Source: Podarcis vaucheri
Lineage: Eukaryota
DNA: 64,000 nucleotides
NCBI GenBank assembly: GCA_965113315.1
Contig: OZ220365.1
Direction: 5' to 3' (one strand)
The translations under genes and the position numbers were made by a program. Positions within the stretch are counted from its first letter, which is position 1. Each line of letters opens with the position of its first letter. The notes below the pieces were generated by a model, which saw only the letters and a program-made list of their open reading frames with translations, searched no databases and was not told the origin of the DNA. Shown here piece by piece: positions 1-13,646 of this stretch.

Positions 1-249
1 GAATGAAATAATAATTATTAATATAGTATTGAAAGAAGGAACTTTACAAGAGATTTAGAAGGTCCTTGCCAAAACAGATCATAAAAAACAAAGTAAAACA
101 AAATGAATAGATATTGCATTAGTACTTGGATCATAGCAGTAACAAAAAACTGAGAAAGGAAGCAAAACGGACTGAAGTAGTGAAGGAATACAGAGTAGAC
201 TTGTGCAAATAATGGTACTTCTTAGTATAGATGGTAAAAGGAACGCCTA

Positions 250-698
250 TGAAGTGCCTTCTATTATATATCTACAATACCATTTACATAATGAAATGTG
301 AACTTCTCCTAAGGCTATTTAAAGCTGTGAGGAGAAACCACACATCTTCACAATGTCTCATGTATGGCTTTTAATGCTTGCTGTGTATAACAGTGCTGAT
401 TGCTATGTTGAGGTGTAGCATAGTGTATATCCTGTGTTCTGAGTGAAAGTTACAAAATTTCCTGTTATCAGATTTTTCTTCTTCATAATTTGAATTACTT
501 GGACAATGTGTCCACAACATTTCAAGTTTCGATTGTGAAAATGTATAAAGTTTCTTGAACCCAGAGAAGTGTGAGCATTGTTCCACACATGGAACAGGGT
601 TTTGGCTTGTCTCTTTTCTGCTGCAACAGTTGTGATGTGATGAGAGAGGAATTTGTGGAAGTGCTGCAAACTGAAGTGCCTTCTATTATATATCTACA
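250..698. repeat. 27-bp perfect direct repeat flanking a ~395 bp segment
   Basis: tgaagtgccttctattatatatctaca at 250-276 and 672-698. Confidence 0.85.
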
Positions 699-1793
699 TA
701 TTATCTCCAGCCGTACACGCTAGGGGAGTGCACTGGATTTGGACAAAGGCTTAAGACAATTTGGAATGTATTTGTGGAAAACTGAGCACATCTGAGGTTA
801 AACAGGAGCTTTACAAAGTTGCACAATTCAAAGCAAAGAACCCTGAAGTGTTTCGTCCATCCAGGTATCAAATAAATGCTGTGGACAGTATACTAAAAAA
901 ACCCCTCTTAAGTTTACTACGTAAATAAGGAAGATGTTGGAATGTGGGGTAAGAGGGAGAATCCAACTTTAGGAAAATACCAGGATCAGGAAGGTGCAGA
1001 GGGAGTTCCTTCATAACTTGCAATCAAGGTGATTTATTTTATCTGGTCCTGTGCTTTGGGGTCCAAATATGATCAGGGCACACCCCTAATACATACACAC
1101 TTAAAAATGTAAAATTTAGAATAGAAGACAAGAAGTTAGTCATAAAACAGTTCTAGGTGTAGTTCATTGCTAGCACATGTGTGCTGTGTGCAGAAAAGTT
1201 CTGGACATCTCCAGTTAAAGCATGCCATATAAAATATAGCTATGATTGCCAAAATATTAATATTAATCAGGCTGAGGAAGGTATCTGCATGAGACCTTGG
1301 AGAGTTTAGTATTGAATTTGCTGAAACAGTGATTTGACTTGGTGTATAGCAGCAACTTATGTTTAAGAGAGAAATTATGGTTATGTTTAATAAAAGAGAT
1401 AAGGGGCTTAACAAGAAGAGAGTCGGATGAATGAAGACCCTGCATTGAAGAAAATAGAAATAAGAGAGGGGGGAAATATACTGGACTTTTATTACTGAGA
1501 TTCTTTAGTAATAGCAAACCCCTCAAAACATGGGGTGGTGGATTAAAATTGATTCATTGAAATCTCAGTGAACCTGAAGGAAGCAAGAGATCACAGCACC
1601 AGATGGGAAAGAGGACAACAATTATGACTAAGAAGCAGTGAGGATCAGGGAATCCAGATGTTCTGTGACTCATACCGCTTCCTAGGCTTTGGGGCAGCAG
1701 TAATCCAATTATTGGTAGCAGCTTAGAACAGTACTTCGTAATGGAAAAAATTCCATTGCAAACTGACCCAAGTTTATTGTGGAAAGAGCTCAT

Positions 1794-2540
1794 TGTTATA
1801 GGGATGGTCAGCTCTAGGCCGAGGCTCAGTGAGGAGGAGTTGCTAGGGCAAGTACATCAGTAATCCCAGGGGTAAAGAGGGTAAGTGTTTCTTAGAACAG
1901 GGATGGCTACTCCCCAGTTTGCAGAGTTTTCTGGCAAAATATTTTGTTTGTTGGCAAAGTAATAATCATATTACTACTACTACTGGACACAGTGGTGGGG
2001 TGGGTGGAGCTCAGAGGCCGGCTAGGGATGTAAATTGCCTGATCTCATCAGGTTGTTAATTTGTTGACTGGAGAGGGATCAATAGCCCTCTCCCTAACTC
2101 ATCTGCACAAATCAGCTAAGAAGCAGGGAGCTATGTCTCTGTGTGTATGCCTTGTTGGGACATTCTATTCCACCTTTTGTTGCAGACATGGGATTGTTGC
2201 ATGTCACATGTCTGTTTACATTCCAGCACAGACTGCTGGGTCCCATGAGCGGAACTTACGCTCTGTGTATTGCTTTTGTTTTGAATCTCTCTCCGAGAAG
2301 ACGGCAAGGAGAGACGACATGTTTCTTTGTTCTGATTTATGTAAAATAAATCCGTAGTTTTAGTATGTATCCACAGCCTCAGCCTCTTCTGTTGTGCAGT
2401 TACACTGCTACGTATAATGTGCTCAAGGCAGCAAGCTTGAGTCGCTGATTTACATCGGAGCCAGAGGTCTATGAATCTCCGCAGTGTGATGGCTGAGAGG
2501 GAGACGATTCAGCTGGGGCCTAGCCAGCTGGATGCTGACA
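1794..2540 (+). mobile_element. Possible degraded solo LTR
   Basis: Begins TGTTA, ends CTGACA, internal AATAAA (~2346) and locally raised CpG; no target-site duplication found. Confidence 0.35.
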
Positions 2541-4682
2541 TGCCTGCCTTGTGTGCGTGCATCTACATGTGTGAGTGTAGGGTGACTGTACCCAGTTTTA
2601 GACACACCCACTGCTGGCGTGCAGCCTCCAGAACATCAAGAATATCAAAATACCTAAAGTTGGTCCTATGTGTTAGGGAATGTGCCCCCTATGTGTTAGG
2701 GAATGTTTGAGGCAGCAAGGATAGTCACAGTGGGAGAGAAACTGGACAGACTAAATTCAAGGTTAAGATTCTCAAAACAGAGAAATGTTTATGTATTCCT
2801 GCTTGGTTAAACTAACTGGTCAACTTTTATGGCACTGTGAAGAAAGGGGTTTCCTTCACAGATAATGCTCCATAAAACATATGGGAAATCTGAGTTCCAG
2901 GAAGGTACTCTGAGTTGACAGTTCTATATAAATTGAACTTAGTGGGGCTTATTCCAGAATAAATGTACATAATATTGAGCTGTGATCCAAAAAGTATGAG
3001 AAAAGTGGAAACTGTTCGATTCTTTATGCCTTCAGTCTACTATATATTTTAGAAAGTTGTCTGTTCTCTCTGTATTTGGGCACCTGTTAAGATATTGTAA
3101 CCAAATGTTGGTTCCTGAGATGAAGGAGCAGGATTTTGTCTGTCTTCAGATATACAGTGGGACACCATTTCAATAAAGATGTCAGACAGCACTGATTTTA
3201 ACCACTGCACAGATTTTTTGGTTTCTTAGAGTTCTCGAGCAGTGCTGGGTATGAGGCTGCTAATGCTTTAATAACACCCACATTTTTATTTCAAGGAATA
3301 ATTCACAGTTATGTAATACAGATCTTATAACAGTACTAGCATTTTTAGAAGATTATGTGACATTTATTTCTCCCCTAGCATACTCAAATAATAGTAAAAT
3401 TATAGAGTGCCTCTAATATTCTTGGAAGAGTTTAACTTTTTTGGTTTGACCCTTCCAAGAAGCCATTGTGCTGCAAATTTTTAAAAGGCACAGTGATGTC
3501 TATGTTATTTCAATCTATTTATTATAAGATGCCTTTCTATCTCTTCATTATAGCATAAGTAGGTGTTGGAAAGTGCAGGTCTGCTAATTTGGGCTCTATA
3601 CTATCTTTGTTATCTGGTGGTACCATGTTATTTAATGATGAGTGTTGAAAAGCATCACAAAATGGAAACAAACAAAACCAGATGAGGATATTTTGTTGAG
3701 AAGTGCTGAAATGGCATGACAGCTGAAGAGCCATACAAATATTTTGTGAAAAACCTCAATTCAGAAGCTAATTTGAGGCCTGCTTTAGATATTAATTGAA
3801 AGCTCTAACTTTTTGGTTATGCATGCATTTCCTCTGAAGCAAAAACAGATTGCTAAAGGTTAAATGTTGTCTTGGTTGTTAGCTCCATAGGGAAAGTACC
3901 GTACCCATGGCATTAGTAGATTTTAGCCTTAGAACTCAGTCTACTGTGTATTGACACTGTGCAAGATTTATTAACTGCTGTAAGACCTACTGGGATGTGG
4001 GGCTAATTAGATTGTACTGTTCCCTAAACCATCTTTACAGTGTTATTTAATATAGGAGGTTGTGGATGATTATACTGGAATAAAATATGTGTATAACCAG
4101 TGAATGTATCATTTCTCCCCCATATAAAAGTAATAGTATAATGTGTGGGGCGTTTTGAGTGAGAAGGATTGCTAGTATATGTCGTGATGATGCAGGCATA
4201 ATGGGACTGTGTAAATGTTAATGTACGTATGTACATAGGTGCTATTTCAAGTGATTGTATATCATAGGTTCCAGCTTTGTTTCCTCATCTGTATAACTCT
4301 AATAGCATAGGTTGTTCCTCCACAGAAATAAAATCCATGCATATGATTAACAGATCTATGTAGAGGATTAATAAGAATAACCAATTTTGCTTTTAATCCA
4401 ATCTGAAAGCAGTAACAGAGTTTGTTTGGTGATTTTCAAATAGATCTAGCTGCAGCAGGTGACCTCAGCCAATAATCTTTCAATTTTCATCCTATGTATC
4501 ACAGGTCCATATACCATATTCTTTCTAGGAAAAGGTGCAAGAAGTTAATTGAAATGAGCAGGAATGTTTTAAAGCACTTCTTGAAAATTAATAATAAGGG
4601 AGACAGAGCTCACTAGGAAGGCAGTCCACAACGCATTTCTCAACTATAGCATAAGGCAGGTGACCAGCATATTACAACTTAA

Positions 4683-4859
<177 letters not shown>

Positions 4860-6917
4860 TAGTTAAAGAGACAAACTGTCAACTTTAATAATTTTGTATG
4901 TAAATGAAATATATATCCAGTTAGGTTATTCAGTTGTGCTTGAGGAGATTCATAGAATGACCATTTAACTGCTTGCAATGTCATTGAAATATTGTGTCCA
5001 AGTAATATTGTGGGATTTTTTTGGTTTTTATTCTAAGAATATATGTGCTGGTACAGCAAGATTAAGGATTAGATTGTTAGTCACATATTCCTTCTCTGCT
5101 TCAACATTTTAAAGCCAAACTTGTGTTAATTTTGTGTGTTTGGAATTTCTCCAGTTTTAGTTAAGATGTGAAAAAGGCTGAAATAAAATGACCTACCCAG
5201 CTCATTTTTTCAGATGTAGAAGAAATTCTTCTACAGATCCTGAGTGATGACACAGGAATAGAGGACACGAAGGTTGCACATAGGTTAATGAGCACTTGAG
5301 GAAATTGCAATGCCCCAAACTCTGGCAATAAAAGTAGCATCAATTTATTGATGCATGACAGATGTGCACACTAAGACATCTTTGGTAACTTTCTTTTGCA
5401 GACAGTGGACAGCACAGTGTCTGTAAATCAATATACTTTAAATGTGTTGCAAAATATAAATGGATACTGAGGAGTCATGCCTATTCTTACAGCTCAGTCA
5501 TGAGGAGAGAATAATTATTATTGTTTGGGAAAATGTGGGTTGTATTCAACAACAACTACAACTGTGGATTATATTCAACTTGTGCAAGTGCAACAGAACT
5601 TCCCCTCCTTTTCCTCTCCCTGTATGGACACCAAAGCTGCTCTGAGGGTTCCTTCAACCCACTGGAGCAGATCTGAAGTGTATAGGGCGTGTGTAGAGGA
5701 GACAGAGGGGGAATCCTGTTGCACTTAATTTTTGTACAGGCAGTGATTTAGTTGGCTATAATCCTAAAAATACCCATATACACTACATTTCCCATTCTAC
5801 TGGGCAGAATGCAATAAATACTGCAACCCCATGTGGAGGGCCAATCAAATGGGTCTTTCAAGAGGATTGGGGGAGATGCATTGATTGGTTCTGCCCACAA
5901 GGTTGCAATATCTACACAACTTCCTTAGTGGCATGAGATCTCTCACAACAGGAAGGTGGCTCCCACGTGACTGCAAATGTGTGAAAGGAACTGGAATTAT
6001 TTGCTTTGAACTGTAAAGATCCAGATTTGAATTTGTGCCCAAGGACTAAAGCTTGAGCAAATTGTTGCCTCACAGCATAACTTTTTTGCAAGAAGGTTGT
6101 GCAAATAAGTATTGCTCAGCAACTTTGAACATAGAGAAGTACCATGGGAAAAGCTACTTGTCTAATCCTATATGCAAATGGACTTGAATGCTATTGCTAG
6201 CAGAAACAACTGTGCATATATAATTGCATGTTGTTGGTGGTGGCAGCTTTCTCTCACCTCTGCCTCAAATATGCTTATCTTCATTTGCATATTTGTGTAT
6301 GCTGGAGGGGCTGGAGTATAGAGATTTGCTACAGCTAGTGTATGCCTGGTAATAAGTGAACAAGGCAACAGAACCAGATTGTCTGGGGATATCTGATGTT
6401 TCCAGTCTGCTTCTCCTGGTATTTATTAAGTGGTGAATGGCAGTGTCTGGTCCTGGCAAAAAGAACTGATTAAGTTTGAAAGGTTTGTTTGGGAGGAATT
6501 CAATATCATGCAGTTACAAAGATTCCCTCAGTGCAGGCATTTCTGCTTCCTCGATGGAACAATCTCGCCTCTCCTTCCCCCATGTGCTGTTCTGGTTCTC
6601 CCACCAGAACCAATTTCTGAAGGTGCAGGGAACACATGAGGGGAGTGGGGAAAGCCCAATTATGCTAGCTAAGTCCTTGTGCAGGCTTCCACTAGCTGAA
6701 CCAGTTAGGCTAGTTTGTTTGTTTATTTTATTTAAACTCCACCTTTCCTCATATGAGCTCAAGGTGGTATAAATAGTTTTCCTCTCATTATTTTTTAAGT
6801 AAAATACCTATACTATTATTACAGAGCAATTCTATACATCAATTAGGCAAGGATGCCAACACCTGTGCTAGTGGAAAAGCCACTATATACAGGCTCAGCT
6901 TAGGAGGGAAGGGGAAA

Positions 6918-7105
6918 GCTGTGTGGCGTAGTGGTTAGGGTGCTGGTTTGGGACTGGGTACCCCAGGTTCAGATTCCCACTCATTCATGAAGCTCACTAA
7001 GGGACATGGGCGACCAGTCTCCGTCTTTCAGCCTGATCTGCCTCCTGGGGTTGATATGTAAATTAACACACCACATAGTTCCCCAGAGAGGAAAGGTGGG
7101 ATAAA
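6918..7105 (+). mobile_element. Old tRNA-derived SINE (Squam3/MIR-like)
   Basis: A-box-like tggcgtagtgg and B-box-like ggttcagattccc; resembles the copy at 48951. Confidence 0.65.
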
Positions 7106-8891
7106 TCAATATCCCAAAATGGTGCATCCTTGGGAAAACAATCAAAATCCACTAATCAGGTATTGTGCTGTTTTTCTAGAAAAAGAGAGTGCCAGAACTC
7201 ACCATAAACACCTCCCTTGTTCTCTTAGAATGGCAAGGATGCCCACCTGAGAGGCGATTGAACTGAGTTCCCCCTGTAAAAAAAGCCCTGGTGCTTGTGA
7301 TGATGCTTGCATGCCACTTACTGATAGAGAGAGCCAGTGAATGACAGGGATTCCCCACCCTCCAGTATACCACCTGACATCACCACATATATAGCAATGT
7401 CACAACAATGCAATCCATCAGCCCTGGTTGTACTACAGGCAGGGTTTGGAATCTTCTTGTGCTCCTCACAATTACTGTATGGCAGCACAACACATGAAAG
7501 GAAAGAAATGGAGCCCACGCAACACAGCACTCAGGTAGCGGCATCTGTAGAGAGCTCACATAACCCTTTAATAACAAGGGTTAAAGACCTACCAAGGAAA
7601 GGGAAGCCAAGCAGCCAAAGGGAATGGTCAGGATATGCAACAAGGGGCACCACAAACACACACTGATAGCAGCATTCTCTAGTGACTCATTGCACAAGGT
7701 ACAAATTTGGGAAGCATGAGATGGGAAACAGACCTGCTGGGGGAAGAGGCAACATGCTGCCACTCGCTTTTTGCATGCTTGGTCAAAAAACCAAAAACAA
7801 AACCCACACACATAACTCACAACGCCATGTCAGAGACAAAAGAGAACAGCAGGAGGAACAATTTTGACAGCGGAAGAGCTCCACCAACATAATATGGTGG
7901 TGTCATATCTTGCACTCTGTCATGTAGCTAGGCTTCCATTAAATTCCTATGATCCCTCTGCCAAAAGAGCTTATGCATAGGATTGCACTATTAATCTCTC
8001 CTGCTACTGGCTGCAATAATTATTGGCTGTGTGCTGTGTTAATTTCATTTTCAAGCAGAAAAAGGTTGATAGCCAAGATGAACAATGTTTTTTGTTTCTC
8101 GCCAACTCTCATAGTGCTTACTGTTGATGCAAGTTTTGCTTGTTTGAGAATTACAATATTCATCTTTTAGGAATGAACCTGAAGATACAATTAGGTTGTT
8201 TTATATAAACTGTTTGCTATTAATAGTACTCATATGGATTTTTGTGTGCTAGTAAAATGTTTACCGCAAATGTTGAATTCTTTGGCTTGCCTGCTCAGTT
8301 GTTTTTATTTCCCAGGCTCTTGTCTCATAACTTATTTTCAGTGTTTCTTACATCTGTCTTTCAAAGTGTGCAGATTTCAAGACTATGCCATGGCCAACAG
8401 CATTCATTGCCCAATATACTGAGTAGTGACAGACAGAGCAATCCAAGGTTCCAGAGGAGACTAAAGGAGTGGAATCAAGCAGTGAATCCACTGCCATGTC
8501 TGAAGCCCTGCTATTCTTGCTGTCTAGGGAAGAAGGGGAGGGCAGATTTTGCCTGTGTTTGCTCCAGGCTACTGGAAAAGGCGCTCACTTTGGATGCATC
8601 AACAGCTCTGCTCCACACTGCTCCTGTTTTGCAGCCTTGTGATAGTTACTGCCATTGGGAACACCACTGGTAGTAGTGTGTGCTCTGCTACAATTTTGGC
8701 GGATGTTTTGAGGGATGCCCTGTAGAGGTGGAGCCCTGGCCAGCAGAGTCTGGTGGAGCAATATGTCGACCTCATCCTAACCCCACCCTGTGGCATGGAT
8801 CAGGGGTTACAATGACTCTGTTATTGTAGCTAGTTGGATGCATGTCTCCTAAGAAACTGACATTCTTCTCTCAAAGGGCATTGGAAACTAT

Positions 8892-9100
8892 TACAGTCAT
8901 ACCTCGGGTTGAAGTAGCTTCAAGTTAAGTATTTTCGGGTTGCGCTCCGTGGCAACCCGGAAGTAACAGAGTGTGTTACTTCCAGGTTTCACCGCTCGCG
9001 CATGCGCAGACACTCAAAATGACGTCACGCGCATGCGCAGAAGTGGCAAAATGCAACATGCGCAGTCGCATCTTATGTTTACTTTAGGATGCGAACGGGC
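8892..9100. mobile_element. Tc1/mariner (Tigger-like) MITE, right end lost
   Basis: TA-CAGTCATACCTCGGGTT terminus; internal sequence homologous to 34587-34815. Confidence 0.75.
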
Positions 9101-10978
9101 TGCTTCTACTTTAGCTACTTAATTTTAAACATTTTTATCTAATTTAATATTATTGTACAATAACAAGGACTAAAGAATAGTAATAGAAAGAGGGGTCAGA
9201 AGAGATAGCAATAATACATTGTGACAGAGTTAAATGAATGTAAATGAATTATATCATCTGCTACTTTCGAGAGGGAAGAAGGGGCATTCAGAGTAATCAG
9301 TTTAAGGATTCTAGCTTTGTTGAACTTGGGATTCAACCTCAAGAATAAAATGTAGCTCAAACATGGCACCAGGTATGCTGAAAGGAACAGTTTTCTGTTC
9401 TTTTTCTTTTTACCAGGTGGAGAAGGGAGGAGGCAACTGAGAGCAGGGAAATTGCAGGGGAAGGGGATGTTTAACCCTTTCCTATCAACTATTTTCCACA
9501 CTTTGTTCTTCACCAGCAGATTTTCCCTCTGTGAGGTTCCAGGTCCATGCTTGCAAGGGAAAACAAGAGTTGAGAGAAAGCTCTTTGCAGAGTTTTCTTC
9601 ATTGTGCTGTATCTGTTGAATTAAATTAACATGAAAGCAGTTTATGTCTGTGCTTTTATGAAAGCAGTGGCTAGATGAAGTATATGACAAATTAAAGAGC
9701 AAAGTGATCTGCCATGTCAGACATTTATAGCTTTTTAATAAAACCTAAAATAAGGTTTGCTAAGGACACTGTGACACTTGTATTCTTAGAAGGGAGTCTA
9801 CTGCCCCATGAGGCTTGACAAGAATCCAGGTTGTTTCCACTGAGCATGAGATTTTATCACAGAGCCACTCCCATCCTTTAGTCAGAAGCAGCTGAAATTC
9901 ACCAAGGAAATGCAAAACTACTATGGTGAGGAGATGGAAGACCCACTTTAAACATCTGCTACTGTTGCAACATTCAATCTACATGCTTCCTTTTTTTAAA
10001 AAAAAGGACAATGAGGAAGCACATAGCCTACCATCAAAAACATATGGAACATTCTTGGGAGTAGAGGGGAGATGTTAAAATGTGTGTGTTTGGTTAGAAT
10101 TGTTGCCTGTCCTGTACTTTGTGCACACTCACACTGGTGATAGGGGTGTGGAAGTATTCGATACCTTAAAAGTAGTCTTCATAAAGGGGGTGTTAAATCA
10201 CTTGCTACTGGTAATATTGTAGCTGATAGCCATTAGGTCCATGAGACATTTGCACATTTATACTCCACTGACAGTTGCAGTTGCTGTGCTACTTAAATTT
10301 TAAATGGGGTGGGGGGATGTTATTTGTGTGCAGAAGAAACACAATAGCTCTATGTCAAAAGTGTGAGCTTGAGAGGAGCAAGATGTTTGAACCCCAAAGT
10401 AACTTAGTAGAAATTTAATGGTTCTTGTATTATTCTTTTTTAAATAATCCTCCGGAGACTGCTTAGTAAGGCTTTAGCATTCTTAATTTTTACATCATGT
10501 CATTGCCAGTTTGTGGCATGTATAACTTTAAACTGGTCTACGTTGTTTATACTGAAAACAACTGGGAATATTCACTGCCCAGGTGTGACACATGGAAGTA
10601 AGGGAATTCTGTGTTGAAGTTCACAATGGTCTAGAGAAGCAGATTTTCCCTACTAAGCATTTGAAATGTATGTTAACAGAAATTTTGCCTTTTGATGGAT
10701 CTTATGATTGCCTTGTTGTCCCTTTTCCTCCTCCTTTTAAAACAAAATAAGGCTTTTGACTAGAAGTCAAATTTCTTCATGACGTGGTTTATAGAACACT
10801 TTCTTACGTGTTATGCAGTTTGCATAACCTTATTTAAGGACATATTTAGTAATATTTTATTTAATGTGTTATTTTGATGTGGACATCAGCCTTGTGGGAA
10901 TAATATGTAACTAGTAATTCAATTATCATAATATGTAAAATATATAATTCTCCAATAAATACAGTAAAATACCAAACG

Positions 10979-10982
<4 letters not shown>

Positions 10983-11011
<29 letters not shown>
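10983..11011. repeat. (GT)n microsatellite
   Basis: Direct observation. Confidence 0.95.
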
Positions 11012-11015
<4 letters not shown>

Positions 11016-11678
11016 GAGAGAGAGATTACTTTAAATACATTTGGATTCAGTTACAAGTTACTTCATCCTTTAATTCTTATCAAAACAGTGTGTTTTCTCC
11101 ATTGTTTTTACAGTAAGATATTGTTTCACAATGGGATTATTGTTATTTTATGAGTTGGACCATATTGAAACTATTTCTTGTATACATCAACTTTCCAGAT
11201 ATCTTTCCAGTGTATGTGCCCTCTAGCATTCTTTCTATTCCATTATGTAATATTACCCTACACCATAAGCTCAAATCAACATTTTAATGCTATTACAATA
11301 ATTTTGTAGCCTTTGTAAGACGACTTCTACATGTTTTGTGCCCCGAGGACACCTCTTCTCATTTCAACAGGTTTGCTATTGAAATCTATTAAAATAAGTC
11401 TTTTAAAAGGAAGTCGAATACATAATTTCAGATTGTTATTACATTGTAGTAGTATAATTAAACAAACGTTAATTTAACCTTGCTGTGTGTGGTACTCATC
11501 CTGTGCTTAAAAATAAATAAATCAATGTGTTGCAATTTAGTAGCAGAGGTTAACATAGCCATTAAGGACAGGATTATATTTTTAAAAATCACAAAGGGGT
11601 GGGTACTTGTTGGTAATCATTAGCAATGACACAAGTTAATTTTAAATTTGATGAAGTAAGTTCCATTTTATTTTTCAG

Positions 11679-11776
11679 GAACAGCATCAGTGGCTGTTGC
11701 AGGACTTCTTGCTGCTCTACGGATTACTGGCAACAAACTGTCAGATCACACAATACTGTTCCAGGGAGCAGGCGAG
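11679..11776 (+). CDS. ME1: ME1 exon (~exon 8)
   Basis: ttttcag|GA ACA...GGC GAG|gtaata; [33 protein letters not shown], start of the Rossmann GAGEAA motif; 98 nt, phase consistent. Confidence 0.96.
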
Positions 11777-11849
11777 GTAATACACCATTTATCCAATTAT
11801 TATCTTTCCTGTTATTTAACTTATTTTTAAAAGTGAAGGTACGTATAGC

Positions 11850-12221
11850 AGGTGGTACTGTGGTCTAAACAATTGAGCCTCTCAGACTTGCTGATCGTAA
11901 GGTAGGCAGTTTGAGTCTTCATGACAGGGTGAGCTCCCGTTGGTCTGTCCCAGCTCCTGCCAGCCTTTCTGTTTGAAAGCATGGTAGCATGAGCAGATAA
12001 ATAGGTACTGCTGCTGCAGGAAGGTAAATGGTGTTTCCATGTGCTCTGGCTTCCGTCACAGTGTCCCATTGCACCAAAGGCGGTTCAGTCAGGTTGGCCA
12101 CATGACACGGAAAGCTGTCTGTGGATAAATGTCAGCTCCCTCAGCCTGAATGTGAGATATGTGGCACACCCCAAAGTCAAATTAGACTGGACTTAATCGT
12201 CCAGTGGTCCTTTACCTTTAC
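11850..12221 (+). mobile_element. Sauria SINE (older, CpG-decayed copy)
   Basis: Aligns by eye with 26788-27152 (gtggtactgtgg...agataaataggtac...tttaccttta tail). Confidence 0.85.
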
Positions 12222-13532
12222 ATATAGCTTTACTATTGACTAAGGCTAAAAGCACCTAATAAAGTTATATTCCTGAAGCTAAACAGGTCTGAGCGTCTGG
12301 ATGGGGGTTTGCCTGGGTTGGAACCCTATGTACACCACCTTCCAGGATGAAAGAAAGGCACAACAGATGTATAACAATAAACAAATAAGCTGGCCAGTTA
12401 GTATATAGAACCCAAAGGCTCCATTGAAGCATTTCCTTGTTAAAGATTAACTCCTGATATAAGCATTTGGCCCTTGCTGCCCATTCAACCCCCTCGCTCC
12501 ACCCCCCCATCATCATCATTATTTTTTGGTATGAAAATAACTTCAGTTTAAAATTTATAGATTGTGTCTATTAAGTTTTCTTCTTCACATTCACATGCAA
12601 TACATCCCCTTGCAGGTACCTTCAGTCCTTCCCGTCATAATATTTGAAGGCTATCACCCAAAAGAATCAATTTATTAACAAGATGCAAGGTCAATTAGTA
12701 AAAAACAATAATGACTACCACCACACAAAAAAATCTTTTTCATGGCATAAAGCAATTAGTAATCTAGTGTTACCTTCATATAGGTTTAGAGCACTGAAAA
12801 GCATATCTATATTGTCTGAAGTTCTCAGTCCTGCTTTTCCTTTCCCCTACCTGAGATTTGTTGTTGTTATTGCTGCTGTTGTTATGATGGTCAAGAACTG
12901 TATGCAAGATGGAAACTAAATGGCTATTGTCCTTTGAGCCTTACCGTTATATGTAGATGTCAGTCTTATTGAGTAGCCTGGGAGCTTTTATGACTCAACA
13001 GAGTTGTCAGATATTGTTTATGTCTACTTGTGGTCTTTAATGTTGTATTCATCCTTTGGAATTTTTGGAGCCTGCTACGTGTATGTCACATAACCTTTTT
13101 AGAACCTGGCGGGAGGAGGTCCATTGGGTGCCATGTCACAGTTATTCTCGGACATCTGTTTGAAGAAACATGCTTCTTGCCTAGTCCAGCTTTCTGTCAT
13201 AACTTACATGATAACTTTCTAGCATGTCTCCAAGAGATGCCATTTTCATTGGACACAGAATCAGAGAAACAGTAAGCAGTTGTTTCAAAATTAAACAGAT
13301 ATGGATTATTCAAGTATCATGTTTGCTTCTCACTCTTCCTCATATATATCCCTTATATTGGGGTACCAAACTGTGGTCTGTGGACCACCAGAGGTACAGG
13401 AGTTTTTTAAGGTAGGCTGTTTCTACAGTTATCATTGTTACTGTGGCTAATAGGTTCTAAAAGAGTAAAGATAAGCTATACAACTGGAATTTCATGACCT
13501 AATTATTTTTTCCTCTCCTTTTTCTTGTTAAG

Positions 13533-13646
13533 GCAGCTCTGGGGATCGCCAATCTGATTCTTATGGCCATGGAAAAGGAAGGGACACCGAAAAAGGAAGC
13601 CATCAAAAAGATATGGATGGTTGATTCCAAAGGATTAATTGTAAAG
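13533..13646 (+). CDS. ME1: ME1 exon (~exon 9)
   Basis: ttgttaag|GCA GCT...GTA AAG|gtgatg; [38 protein letters not shown]; 114 nt. Confidence 0.95.

Noticed and set aside
3900-4260. Possible mitochondrial control-region NUMT (minus-strand tatgtacatacgtacatt resembles a TAS motif)
   Set aside because: Only a short AT-rich motif; no conserved sequence blocks or tRNA seen. BLASTN against a lacertid mitogenome would decide.
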